A stretch of 64,000 nucleotides of DNA from Candidatus Poribacteria bacterium (GCA_963665235.2 CAXXLX010000001.1:320001-384000); one strand, 5' to 3'; counted from the stretch's first letter, positions 18,715 to 28,982 are shown. Made by a program: numbers and translations. The notes: generated by a model not told the origin, from the sequence alone.

Positions 18715-18760
18715 ATTAGCAGCTTTCCGATAGCCATTTAAACTAAGGAGGAGAAGACTT

Positions 18761-20131
18761 TTGCGTAATATCATCCTATTTTCACTGGATACGCTCCGTG
18801 CGTCCAGCATGAGCTGTTACGGACATACTCACTTGACAACCCCCCATCTTGATGCACTCGCCGCAAACGCCACGCTTTTTGAAAGTTGCATCAGTCCGCA
18901 CATTCCGACCCATCCAGCACATACGACGATGTTCACCGGGAAAGATGTGTTGACGCACCAAATTATAACACAAGGCGGAAGTCTAGACCTTTCAGAAAGT
19001 ATTCGCACGTTACCTGAATTGCTGAACGAGGCGGGTTATTTCACCGTCGCCGCAGACAACTTGGGACGCTGGTTCCAACGCGGCTTTTCGGAAGACCATT
19101 ACCGCGGTTATCAGTGGGAGAGTCGTTACCGCAATGCCCGCAAAGCGGAAGCTGTCAATCAAACAGCGATAGACCTTTTGGAGATTGCTCAAGCACAAGC
19201 GAAACCGTGGTTCGCATTCCTTCATTACTGGGATGCCCACACACCTTACTTGCCACCGCTGCCGTTCGAACGGATGTTTTACAGTGGCGATGAATGCGAC
19301 CCGAACAACCGGAGTATGGATGCAGTTTACGCATGTGAACCCTTCACAGACTATTTCAGGCAATGGATGTGCAAACCGGACCCAGATGACCCGGACAATA
19401 TCGCAAAAAAACGCCTCTGGACTGACCGCCGGTATGTCAACGCCCAATATGATGCCTCTATCGCTTATATGGATGCCTCGTTAGCGCAGCTCTTTCAATA
19501 TCTGAACGACTGCGGACTGATGGAAGAGACGCTCCTCGTTATAACGGCTGACCACGGCGAGGAACTTGATGAACATGAACTCTGGTACGACCACCACGGG
19601 CTTTATCAGACGAATTGCCACGTTCCGTTAATCCTTCACTGCCCCGCTGTTGTTCCGAAGGCGCAGCGACTTGAGGGGTTGGTATCGCTGAAGGATATTG
19701 CCCCCACTATTCTGGATTACGCCGGACAATCCGAGCTTGTGGAACGGGAAAAGATGGAAGGCGCAAGTCTCCGAAAACTGGTCGACACTAGCACACACGA
19801 GGGCACTGCTGAAGCTATCTATCTTACCGAATGTGGATGGATGAAAAAACGCGGCTGGCAAACGCAAAAATGGAAACTTATTGTCGAAACAGGCGATACC
19901 CCGGAGGTTTACAACACGCCGGACCTAGAACTGTACGACCTAGAGGAAGACCCGGACGAGGTTTACAACTTGGCTGAAGAGGCGGATGAGGTGGTAGCAC
20001 GTTTGCAAGGCGATATGGAGGCTTTTCTCAAACATCGACTGAACGAGACAAACCTCCCTGATCCGACGGTTGAGCAGGATATTACAATGCGGCGAATCGG
20101 AAATAAAGAAAATGCTGTCCCCCTGCCTTAG
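18761..20131 (+). CDS. Sulfatase-like hydrolase with non-canonical TxPxH site
   Basis: FSLDTLRA, PTHPAHTTMFTG, WDAHTPY, TADHGE. Confidence 0.85.
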   Translation: MRNIILFSLDTLRASSMSCYGHTHLTTPHLDALAANATLFESCISPHIPTHPAHTTMFTGKDVLTHQIITQGGSLDLSESIRTLPELLNEAGYFTVAADNLGRWFQRGFSEDHYRGYQWESRYRNARKAEAVNQTAIDLLEIAQAQAKPWFAFLHYWDAHTPYLPPLPFERMFYSGDECDPNNRSMDAVYACEPFTDYFRQWMCKPDPDDPDNIAKKRLWTDRRYVNAQYDASIAYMDASLAQLFQYLNDCGLMEETLLVITADHGEELDEHELWYDHHGLYQTNCHVPLILHCPAVVPKAQRLEGLVSLKDIAPTILDYAGQSELVEREKMEGASLRKLVDTSTHEGTAEAIYLTECGWMKKRGWQTQKWKLIVETGDTPEVYNTPDLELYDLEEDPDEVYNLAEEADEVVARLQGDMEAFLKHRLNETNLPDPTVEQDITMRRIGNKENAVPLP

Positions 20132-20134
20132 CGG

Positions 20135-20268
20135 AATTGGCTATTGGAAACCGTTGGAAACCGTTGGAAACCTATGGCAAGAGGAAGAAGACTTTGAAGC
20201 GCGTCAGAAATCTGCTTAGAATCACAACATCTTGCCAATTGCTAATTGCTAATCGCCATTCGCTAATT
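20135..20268. repeat. Dispersed GGCAAGA...TCTTGC module with heptamer (GCTAATT/GCCAATC) arms
   Basis: Related copies at ~41672-41782, ~45503-45540, ~45748-45890 and ~58515-58600. Confidence 0.7.
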
Positions 20269-21286
20269 TACCTTGTGTTCGGTAGCGAACTGTCAGCATA
20301 GGACGTAGGTTTTCGTCCGGCACCTCTTTTGCGGCAAAAGTAAGCGAGCTTTTTCCATCGCGCAGTGCAAAAAGGTACCCGTAGTTATAATCGGGATGCT
20401 CGACCCAAAATCGGACCGCCTCCGTAATCAGCTCACCTTTCCAGACGTAACGTTTCCCTGCGTCCTGAATTTCGCACGTGCCATCGATGCGGTGTGCGAC
20501 ATCCTCAGAGCCGTTATAATCTCCTTCGATATCGCCATCTATACCTGCCAACATCGCTTGTGCGGGAGGTTTATTCCATGGAAGGTTGCGATGCAACGCG
20601 CTGTTATAGGTGAGCTCATCCTCTTCCGCCCGTTCCGATTTTCCCCTACCTTCACGCCACGGTAGGAGTACGCGCCGGAGAATAACGGTTTGCGCAGCCG
20701 CCGCATCAGATTTCTGTGCATATAGACTTATCGTAGCATCTACCACCTGCGTCGGTTCCCAGACTCCCATATTCTCAAATGCATCAAACAGGTCAAAAGC
20801 GACAAAGAAAACGCTGCCCATCGGATTACAGACGAGTGTTGGTTCCGCACCAGCGTTATTATTTCGCGTCTTCCGACTCTTTTCCACAAGCAAACTCGTA
20901 TCCTGTAACACGCCAGAGAAGGTGACACCGTTCCCAAGTCCAAAGGTTACCTCATTTACCGCTGGGAGCGTAACAACTACGCCTGTCTGAAATGCTGGCA
21001 ACGTGAGTTGGTATTCTTTTCCGACCGCCAAAGGTGTGGTAAGCAGCATCACCCGATTCAGACGTTTATCGAGGAGTGCTTCTTCCACCTGAACATCCGG
21101 TGTTATCCGATAGTTCTTCAGGTCCTCTATAGTTTCCGCCTTCAACTTTCCATCGAACTGCAACTGAATTGCCGTTTGCGAAAGCGGAATCGCCTTTAGG
21201 AGTTTGGGGGTATTTTCCGCCTGTTGGCTGCCTGTGCTTAAAAACGTAGCAAAAAGAATGCATATAACTGCAAAATAGTGTCTCAA
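20249..21286 (-). CDS. Secreted protein with Ig-like and DNRLRE/CBM96-like domains
   Basis: TTG start after GGAGG, signal peptide, WREGRG and NYGYLF...SKE-like...RPMLTVRY C-terminus. Confidence 0.65.
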   Translation of the reverse strand: MRHYFAVICILFATFLSTGSQQAENTPKLLKAIPLSQTAIQLQFDGKLKAETIEDLKNYRITPDVQVEEALLDKRLNRVMLLTTPLAVGKEYQLTLPAFQTGVVVTLPAVNEVTFGLGNGVTFSGVLQDTSLLVEKSRKTRNNNAGAEPTLVCNPMGSVFFVAFDLFDAFENMGVWEPTQVVDATISLYAQKSDAAAAQTVILRRVLLPWREGRGKSERAEEDELTYNSALHRNLPWNKPPAQAMLAGIDGDIEGDYNGSEDVAHRIDGTCEIQDAGKRYVWKGELITEAVRFWVEHPDYNYGYLFALRDGKSSLTFAAKEVPDENLRPMLTVRYRTQGKLANGD

Positions 21287-21505
21287 TTTATCCTCCAGGA
21301 TTGAAACAAATAGTCTGTCAAGTTTGCACATTATATCGTAACACCCCCGCGATGTCAAATACTTTTTATGCGGCAGCCAGGGGCATTTAGTTCTCCATAT
21401 TTTCGAGCGTTTTTTCAACACTCTGCCTAGCCCTGTAGGGGCGGTATGTTTATAGAATGTCTTGTTAAAAACATTTGCTTATTATTCTTATCCATGCTAT
21501 AATAA

Positions 21506-22907
21506 CTAAAGTTTGGACAATATTCTAGATTTCAGGCAGCCTTGTCAAAAGGCAGGGCGTTATCTTGCGTTTCCTCGGGCAGAATATTCTGCGAGTTTGT
21601 TTTATCTTCGGAACTCGCAGAAAATCGGCGGCACAAAATCTGTGCTTGAAGATAAGCGACCCGCAGTCCTTGTGTGAGTTTCTTAGGTTTATACCAATGA
21701 ATGCCTAGTTTTTCACAGACCTGCTCAACACTGATAAGTTTTTGTGTCGTTTCCGGAATAGAAAAGATTAGCTTTGTTAGAGACGCTGCAACGAAACTCA
21801 GTTGTAGGAAGCGATTGATGCTTTTTCGGGACTTGACCTGATACCCGCTGAAACCGAAGTGTTGATTTGCGTCGCGAAAGGCGGTCTCTATCTCCCATCT
21901 GCGGCGATAGTATTGAACAATCTGTGGTATGTCAAGCGTCAAATCTGTCGTCCAGACACAGAAATACCGGTAAGGTTTTGACTGTCTCGGTTTCGTTCGG
22001 ATGACAACTATCCGGACATCTACCGGACACATTTTTGTTCGCGCTATCTGTGATGCCACTTGATACTCTTTCCCCATTATGGAGACGACTTTATACCGCA
22101 AGCGGCGGATGTTTAGACGCGGACCGTATTTCTTCGGACGGCCGGGGCCTCGACGTTTCGGGACTTTAGGAACGCGGTAAAACACCGCATTTGACTTCGC
22201 CCGACACAAGATATGGTGTTTGAATGCCAAAACCGTCTCAAACACTTTTCGACGGGCGAACCCTCTATCAAAGATGATTAGCCCCGCAGGTATCTTGGAG
22301 ACGATACGCTTCAAGACCGCATCGCCTTTATCACGGACTGTCTTCGGAACAACAAGCCTGACCCACACAGGAAATAGAAGCCATTGCGTCGCAGTCTCAC
22401 ACAGTAAACCTAACGCAGCAAACTCATGACCGAAGTGAAACTTAGATTGATTCACACGACCTTTCTGATACTTGAAGTTCCGAAAAAAATGTAGACCATA
22501 TTGACCCTTGCCGGTTTTCAAAGCAGACGTGTGGTCATAAACATAAACCCAATCCGGAAATACCTGCTGTAGTATTGCAATCAATTTTGCCGCAACAGCG
22601 TCAGCATCCCATACACCCCGGGACAGAAACTTCGGCAAAGACCAATACTTCGTTCCGAAGACACTTGATTGATAAAGACCCGTCAGGGTGCCACCCTGGG
22701 TATTGGCAGCAATAAACCCAAAAATCATCGCTTGGAAAAGCGCAAAGTTTTGTTGGTTGAATAAACAACTAAAATGTGATAGAATATCTTGTAAGCAAAA
22801 AAGAAGGTTCATTTTTATTTTCCTTTAGAAAATTTAATTTATTTTAAAATGATACCTACTTTTTTGCTTTTTGTCCATCTTAATTCTTAAAATTGTCCAA
22901 ACTTTAG
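21506..22907 (-). mobile_element. IS4/IS701-like insertion sequence
   Basis: 15-bp IRs CTAAAGTTTGGACAA; 8-bp TSD TATAATAA (21498-21505, 22908-22915). Confidence 0.9.
21532..22812 (-). CDS. DDE transposase (IS4 superfamily, IS701-like)
   Basis: YDHT, IFDRGF, GRPKKYG, YRRRWEIETAFRD signature. Confidence 0.9.
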   Translation of the reverse strand: MNLLFCLQDILSHFSCLFNQQNFALFQAMIFGFIAANTQGGTLTGLYQSSVFGTKYWSLPKFLSRGVWDADAVAAKLIAILQQVFPDWVYVYDHTSALKTGKGQYGLHFFRNFKYQKGRVNQSKFHFGHEFAALGLLCETATQWLLFPVWVRLVVPKTVRDKGDAVLKRIVSKIPAGLIIFDRGFARRKVFETVLAFKHHILCRAKSNAVFYRVPKVPKRRGPGRPKKYGPRLNIRRLRYKVVSIMGKEYQVASQIARTKMCPVDVRIVVIRTKPRQSKPYRYFCVWTTDLTLDIPQIVQYYRRRWEIETAFRDANQHFGFSGYQVKSRKSINRFLQLSFVAASLTKLIFSIPETTQKLISVEQVCEKLGIHWYKPKKLTQGLRVAYLQAQILCRRFSASSEDKTNSQNILPEETQDNALPFDKAA

Positions 22908-22970
22908 TATAATAACGTGAGTTTGGAAAAAGTTTTCCCCTAGTATTCGGGCAAACGGTTTCCCGCTCTT

Positions 22971-23110
22971 TAGGGACGATATGTTCATAGAAGCAGCGAA
23001 TACCGCCCACCTCTTAGTCCCGTAGGGACGATATATTTATAGAAACAGCGAATACCGCCCACCTCTTAGTCCCGTAGGGACGATATATTTATAGAAACAG
23101 CGGATACCGC
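22971..23110 (+). repeat. 52-bp tandem repeat (about 2.7 copies) built on a REP-like CCCGTAGGGACG core
   Basis: Unit TAGGGACGATATATTTATAGAAACAGCGAATACCGCCCACCTCTTAGTCCCG; related single copy at ~21431. Confidence 0.85.
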
Positions 23111-23142
23111 ATTACCGGGCAGCAAACAATCAGGAGATACAC

Positions 23143-26100
23143 ATGTCCCAAGCAAACCAACTCGGTCTCCCCTTCGAAAACAGAAGCGGAGACACAGATA
23201 ACGGATTCCACACCGCACTTGCGTATATCCGCGAAAATGCCAATAGCAACTACAGCGTAGGCAATCTCTTTGAGAAACTCATCAAAAACTATCTCCTCGA
23301 AGATCCGTTCTACAAGCGGCGTTTTACCGAAGTTTATCTCTGGTCCGAATGGGCACAACTCCGCCCGGAGTTCGATGGCACTGATATCGGTATTGACCTC
23401 GTTGCAGAGGAACGGGAAGGGGGATATTGTGCCATCCAGTGCAAATGCTACGCAGCAGACACCCGAATTACGAAGGCTGCTCTGGATACGTTCATCGCCG
23501 CTTCCGCACGCGAACCCTTCACCTCCCGAATCTTCGTTGATACCAGCGAGACCTGGAGTGCTAACGTCCGCAGAACACTCGACGGACTGCAACCCCCCTG
23601 TCAACGTATCAGTGCAGCAGACCTTGCAAGCCGACCGGTTAGCTGGCCGGACCTAAGCCATCAGGCTCCAGAACAGCTCAACTATCAGGTCGAGACATTC
23701 AGTCTAAGGGAGCATCAACAAAAGGCGTTTGATGATGTTGTCAACGGTTTCAAAGAATCCGACCGGGGCAAACTGATCATGGCGTGCGGTACAGGTAAAA
23801 CCTTTACGGCACTCCGAATTGCTGAAGAAATCGCTGGTGTTGGCGGTAGAGTGCTATATCTTGTTCCCTCTATCGGCCTCTTTGCACAAGCAATGCGGGA
23901 ATGGGCAGAACAACAAGGCATTCCGCATCGCTACATCGGTATATGCTCCGATACAAAGGCAGGAAAAGCGAATGAAGACGCTACCCTCATGGAATTAGAA
24001 TTCCCTGTTACCACAAATGAAACCGTTATCTCCGAAGCATTGCAGAAAAACGATAAAGGCAACATGAGAGTTGTTTTCTGCACCTATCATTCACTTCCAA
24101 AAGTTGCAGAAGCGCAGGGTGCGGGAGCACCGGATTTTGATATTATCTTCTGTGATGAAGGACACAGAACAACTGGCGTTGATAGACCTAATGATAAAAC
24201 ATCGCCTTTTGTGCTTGTCCACGATGCTGACCGGATTCGCGCGAAAAAACGGCTCTATATGACCGCAACACCTCGCCTTTATACCGACAGTGCAAAAACA
24301 AAAGCTGCACAGCATAATATAGATGTGTTTTCTATGGATGATCCGAACACGTACGGGCCCGAATTTCACCGCTTACCTTTCTCTAAGGCAGTTGAGCAAG
24401 ACCTACTCTCAGATTACAAAGTGGTCATACTGGCGATGTCCGAACAGGGTGTAAATAGGACACTGCAAAGGTATCTCAGTAATGGTGGGAGTGAGCTTAA
24501 CATCAACGACGCGACAAAGATTGTCGGGTGTTGGCGCGCATTACAGAACCCCGAAAGAAAGTCTTCTGAAGATCCAGAGCTTAAACCATTAACACGCGCG
24601 ATCGCTTTCTCAAATACGATTGCTACCTCGAAAAGGATTGAAAAACATTGGGACCGCATTATAGAAACTGCGATTGAAGAACTCCCGGAAGACCAACGTC
24701 CACAAAATTTCACATGCGAAACCAAGCACGTTGATGGTAAAAATAATGCACTTGAACGGAAACAGCGAATTGAATGGCTCAAAGGAGATTCTGAAGGCGT
24801 TTGCCGTATCCTCTCTAATGCACGATGCCTCTCCGAAGGTATTGATGTACCCGCGCTTGATGCCGTGCTTTTCATGACACCTCGAAATTCACACGTTGAC
24901 ATTGTGCAGGCAGTCGGACGTGTGATGCGAAAAGCCCCCGGCAAGGAATACGGCTACATCGTCTTACCCGTCGCAATTCCGTCCGGCGCAGACCCTGTTA
25001 AAGCACTCAACGATAATAAAAGGTTCGCCGCTGTATGGGGTGTCCTCCGTGCGCTACGTTCTCACGATGACAGACTCAATGCCGAGATCAATAAAATTGA
25101 CCTTAACAACGAACCCACTGAAATTATTATCATCGATGGGGATGGAAGCGATGGTGAAAATGGCAATGGATCCCTAAACGGACAACAGCTGCTGCTACCG
25201 ATCGGTATCCCTGCTGATGCAATTTACGCTAAGATTGTGGAAAAATGCGGCGATAGAAAATATTGGGAGAGCTGGGCAAAGGATGTCGCTGATATTTTCA
25301 AAAGACTCGTTGGACGCATTGAAAATCTATTGGAGAATCCCGAAAACGAGGCACTACAGGAGTGGTTCTATGATTTTCACAAAGAGTTGACAGAAACGAT
25401 CAACGACTCAATCACACGTGAGAGTGCTATTGATATGATGGCACAACACATTATCACACGCCCTGTTTTTGAAGCACTTTTTGAGAACTACGACTTTGCT
25501 ACCGGCAACCCAGTCGCAAACGCGCTTAACAAACTCCAAAACGATTTTTCAGAATTCGGGCTTGAAAACGAAACCCGCGATCTGGAAGGGTTTTACGAAA
25601 GCGTCCAGAGGCGTGCACGCGGACTTGACAATAGCGAAGCACGTCAACGGGTACTGTTGGAACTCTACGAGAAGTTTTTTGTTACCGCCCTGAAAAAAGA
25701 GGTGGAACGGCTCGGAATTGTCTATACACCCATCGAAGTAGTGGACTTCATATTGCACAGTGCCAATGAAGTATTGCAAAATGAATTTGGGCGAAGCCTC
25801 AGCGATGAAGGTGTGCATATGCTGGATCCGTTCACTGGCACAGGCGTTTTTCTTACGCGCCTGCTGCAATCTAACATTATTCAAGATGCTGACCTTGAAC
25901 GCAAGTATCGCGAAGAACTCCATGCAAACGAAATTGTACTGCTAGCATACTACATCGCCACTGTCAACATTGAGGAGGCGTTCCGCGGGCGGCTCGGAGA
26001 AGACAGCAGTTATGAACCGTTCAATGGCATTGTCCTAACGGATACCTTCAATCTAAACAAAAAAGATAACTCTACGCTTTTCCCGAAAGAGTGGCTACAG

Positions 26101-27963
26101 GAAAATAACGAGCGTGCAGAACAGCAACAGGAGCTTCCGATTCAAGTGATCGTTGGTAATCCGCCATGGTCAGCAGGACAGAAAAGCGCAGCAGACGACA
26201 ACCCAAATGTCGACTATCCAGAACTTGAAAAACGAGTCAGAGAAACCTACGTTGAGGCCGCCACAGTAACAAATAAAAACCGTCTTTATGATACATACAA
26301 GATGGCGATTCGATGGGCTTCTGACAGGATTGATAAGCAAGGTATCATCGCCTTCGTTACCAACGGCTCATGGATTGATGGTAACGCCGAAGCAGGCATC
26401 CGGGCGTGCTTAGTGGAGGAGTTCAGTTCAATCCATGTCCTAAACCTGCGGGGAAATCAGCGAACCCAAGGGGAGGTGTCGCGTCGAGAGGGAGGTAAAG
26501 TCTTCGGTTCAGGGTCACGCGCCCCCGTTGCCATTACACTCCTCGTCAAGAATCCGAGTACTGGACACGAGGGTTGTAAAATTATCTACTGCGATATCGG
26601 AGACTACCTCACACGCGAAGAGAAATTGGCAGCACTCACTGAGGCAAAGTCTATAAAAGGATTTAGCACTTGGCAGACGATCACACCTGATGAATATCAC
26701 GATTGGATTGAACAACGAAACCGTGAATTTGTTAAGTTCTATCCGATGGGATCAAAGGACGCGAAAGCAGGTAAGACAAACGATGCAATATTTGAATTAT
26801 ATTCAAGAGGGGTAACAACCGGTAGAGACGCGTACATTTATAACCTCTCACGCGATGCCTGTGCCGCGAACGCGAACGGAATGACACAGGACTATCTCGC
26901 CGCCCTCTCAGAATTTGAGAAAAATCCAGGGTTTATAGCAGGTGAGGTCGCAAGTCAACACAAATCGAATACTAAGTGGGATAGTGCCTTGATAAATAAC
27001 CTGAGGCGAAAAGAAAAAACCGCATTTGATGAGGGTTATATTCAAAAAGTTGCTTACCGGCCATTCGTTGCGACAAATTGTTATGCTGACTACACCTTCA
27101 TACAGAGCAAGTATCAGATGGATCGCATCTTTCCAAATAGTTCCAGCGAAAACCGCGCTATTTGCGTCCCTTGTATCGGAACGAAAAAGCCATTTTCTGC
27201 CCTTGTAACTGACAGGATGTCCGATCTCAACCTGCAACAAGGTTCACAGTGTTTCCCACGGTACCGATACCCGAAGCCTACAGATACCCCGAACACGTCA
27301 GACATGTTTGAAGGTATTAACAAGCCTCCCGAGCGCATTGATAACATTTCAGACACGGCACTGCGCGCCTTCCGTAAACACTACGGTGATGACTCCATCA
27401 CAAAGGATGACATCTTTGACTATGTTTACGGTATCCTCCACGCCCCCAGTTACCGAGAGCAGTTCGCAAACGATTTGTCCAAAATGATACCGCGTATTCC
27501 GTTTGCCCCGGATTTTCACGTCTTTGCAAAGGCGGGCAAAAAATTGGCAGAACTTCATCTCAATTACGAGACGTGTGAACAATACCCACTCAGAGTCGAG
27601 TTTCCGAATATGGCTTTACCGCCAACCGACCTTGAAGATGCGGACCCGGATCTTTTTCGGTTAACTGATAAAGTGATGCGTTATGGGCCTGATGGGAAAA
27701 GATCGCTTGGCATTAATACGCATGTTCGCTTATGTGGCATTCCAGAAGACGCTTATCGCTATGTCGTTAACGGCAGGTCACCGCTGGAGTGGTTTATTGA
27801 CCGCTACTACATAAAAACGGATAAGGATAGCGGCATCGTCAACGACCCGAACGGTTGGTTTGCTGATCCGCGTGACATTGTTCCTGCAATTAAGCGGATT
27901 GTTTATGTGAGTGTGGAATCTGCCCGAATTATTGATAGGTTGCCAGATGAGATAACTGTCTGA
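23143..27963 (+). CDS. Type ISP restriction-modification enzyme (LlaGI/LlaBIII-like)
   Basis: Mrr nuclease DIGIDL...IQCK, SF2 helicase MACGTGKT/DEGH/QAVGRVMR, N6-MTase DPFTGTG/NPPW, C-terminal TRD. Confidence 0.95.
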   Translation: MSQANQLGLPFENRSGDTDNGFHTALAYIRENANSNYSVGNLFEKLIKNYLLEDPFYKRRFTEVYLWSEWAQLRPEFDGTDIGIDLVAEEREGGYCAIQCKCYAADTRITKAALDTFIAASAREPFTSRIFVDTSETWSANVRRTLDGLQPPCQRISAADLASRPVSWPDLSHQAPEQLNYQVETFSLREHQQKAFDDVVNGFKESDRGKLIMACGTGKTFTALRIAEEIAGVGGRVLYLVPSIGLFAQAMREWAEQQGIPHRYIGICSDTKAGKANEDATLMELEFPVTTNETVISEALQKNDKGNMRVVFCTYHSLPKVAEAQGAGAPDFDIIFCDEGHRTTGVDRPNDKTSPFVLVHDADRIRAKKRLYMTATPRLYTDSAKTKAAQHNIDVFSMDDPNTYGPEFHRLPFSKAVEQDLLSDYKVVILAMSEQGVNRTLQRYLSNGGSELNINDATKIVGCWRALQNPERKSSEDPELKPLTRAIAFSNTIATSKRIEKHWDRIIETAIEELPEDQRPQNFTCETKHVDGKNNALERKQRIEWLKGDSEGVCRILSNARCLSEGIDVPALDAVLFMTPRNSHVDIVQAVGRVMRKAPGKEYGYIVLPVAIPSGADPVKALNDNKRFAAVWGVLRALRSHDDRLNAEINKIDLNNEPTEIIIIDGDGSDGENGNGSLNGQQLLLPIGIPADAIYAKIVEKCGDRKYWESWAKDVADIFKRLVGRIENLLENPENEALQEWFYDFHKELTETINDSITRESAIDMMAQHIITRPVFEALFENYDFATGNPVANALNKLQNDFSEFGLENETRDLEGFYESVQRRARGLDNSEARQRVLLELYEKFFVTALKKEVERLGIVYTPIEVVDFILHSANEVLQNEFGRSLSDEGVHMLDPFTGTGVFLTRLLQSNIIQDADLERKYREELHANEIVLLAYYIATVNIEEAFRGRLGEDSSYEPFNGIVLTDTFNLNKKDNSTLFPKEWLQENNERAEQQQELPIQVIVGNPPWSAGQKSAADDNPNVDYPELEKRVRETYVEAATVTNKNRLYDTYKMAIRWASDRIDKQGIIAFVTNGSWIDGNAEAGIRACLVEEFSSIHVLNLRGNQRTQGEVSRREGGKVFGSGSRAPVAITLLVKNPSTGHEGCKIIYCDIGDYLTREEKLAALTEAKSIKGFSTWQTITPDEYHDWIEQRNREFVKFYPMGSKDAKAGKTNDAIFELYSRGVTTGRDAYIYNLSRDACAANANGMTQDYLAALSEFEKNPGFIAGEVASQHKSNTKWDSALINNLRRKEKTAFDEGYIQKVAYRPFVATNCYADYTFIQSKYQMDRIFPNSSSENRAICVPCIGTKKPFSALVTDRMSDLNLQQGSQCFPRYRYPKPTDTPNTSDMFEGINKPPERIDNISDTALRAFRKHYGDDSITKDDIFDYVYGILHAPSYREQFANDLSKMIPRIPFAPDFHVFAKAGKKLAELHLNYETCEQYPLRVEFPNMALPPTDLEDADPDLFRLTDKVMRYGPDGKRSLGINTHVRLCGIPEDAYRYVVNGRSPLEWFIDRYYIKTDKDSGIVNDPNGWFADPRDIVPAIKRIVYVSVESARIIDRLPDEITV

Positions 27964-28924
27964 ATCGCGGATTACACAGAGGACGCAGAGAACGCGGAAA
28001 AAAGAGAATTCTTGCTAAAATCTACGCATTTACTGTCAGAATCGCGGATTACACAAAGGACACAGAGGACACGGAAAAAGAGGAGTGTGTTCAGGCTAAC
28101 CGGTTTACTTGTGAAAACCAATATAGATGCCACAATAACCCCTTCCGCGTTCTCCGCGTTCTCCGCGAAAATCCGCGATTCTGACAAAATACAAAGAAAG
28201 GGACAACAAAAATGAGTAATAACCTAAAATATGAAAACATCACTGGAAAAATAATTGGGGCAGCGATTGAAGTCCATAAGTTTTTGGGAAACGGATTCCA
28301 AGAGGTGATTTATCAGAGGGCGTTAGCTGTTGAAATGCGGAGGGCAGGTCTGGAATTTGCTCGGGAAGTTGAGCACGATATATATTACAAGGATTTCCCC
28401 GAACCCATTGGAACCCGACGAGCTGATTTCGTAGTGGCAAGAATTGTGTTGGTGGAATTAAAAGCTATCACGATGTTAGAACCTGTTCATGAAGCACAGA
28501 TATTAAATTATTTGAAGGCATACCGACTGGAAATAGGTTTGTTGATCAATTTCGGTGAGGAAAAGATAAACGTCAAGAGATTGATTCTTTCACAACCTAA
28601 TCTTAGGTGATGTGTTAGAATCCCGGATTATTCTGTCAGAATCGCGGATTACATAGAAGACACAGAGAACACAGAAAAATAGGGGTTTGGTGCATGCACA
28701 GCGGTTTGCTTGTGAAAACCAATACAGGAGTTCCAATAACCCTTTCCGCGTCTTCCGTGTTTTCCGCGTTCTCTGCGATTCAGACAAAATACCTGTCAGA
28801 ATCGCAGAGAACACAGAAAAATAGGTTTTTTGCTAACATGTTCGCATTTGTGAAGGGGAACTGAAATGCCCAAAAGACCCTTCCGCGTTTTCCGTGCACT
28901 CCGCGAAAATCCGCGATTCTGACA
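27957..28924. repeat. Array of palindromic units TGTC(A/T)GAATCGCGGATT...AATCCGCGATTC(T/A)GACA around the GxxExxY gene
   Basis: Half unit 27957-28003; full units 28034-28186, 28634-28786 and 28794-28924. Confidence 0.9.
28212..28610 (+). CDS. GxxExxY protein (PD-(D/E)xK nuclease superfamily)
   Basis: LGNGFQEVIY, RADFVV...VELK, HEAQILNYL...GLLINFG. Confidence 0.95.
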   Translation: MSNNLKYENITGKIIGAAIEVHKFLGNGFQEVIYQRALAVEMRRAGLEFAREVEHDIYYKDFPEPIGTRRADFVVARIVLVELKAITMLEPVHEAQILNYLKAYRLEIGLLINFGEEKINVKRLILSQPNLR

Positions 28925-28953
28925 ATCTCTGCGACAAAAACTTTACACACGCC

Positions 28954-28982
28954 TTGACAAGTGGCAAAATATGTGTTATACT
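28954..28982 (+). promoter_or_regulatory. sigma70 promoter of the DUF4209 gene
   Basis: TTGACA-17-TATACT. Confidence 0.75.

Noticed and set aside
22971-23110. Possible mini-CRISPR
   Set aside because: The intervening sequences are identical, so it is a tandem repeat
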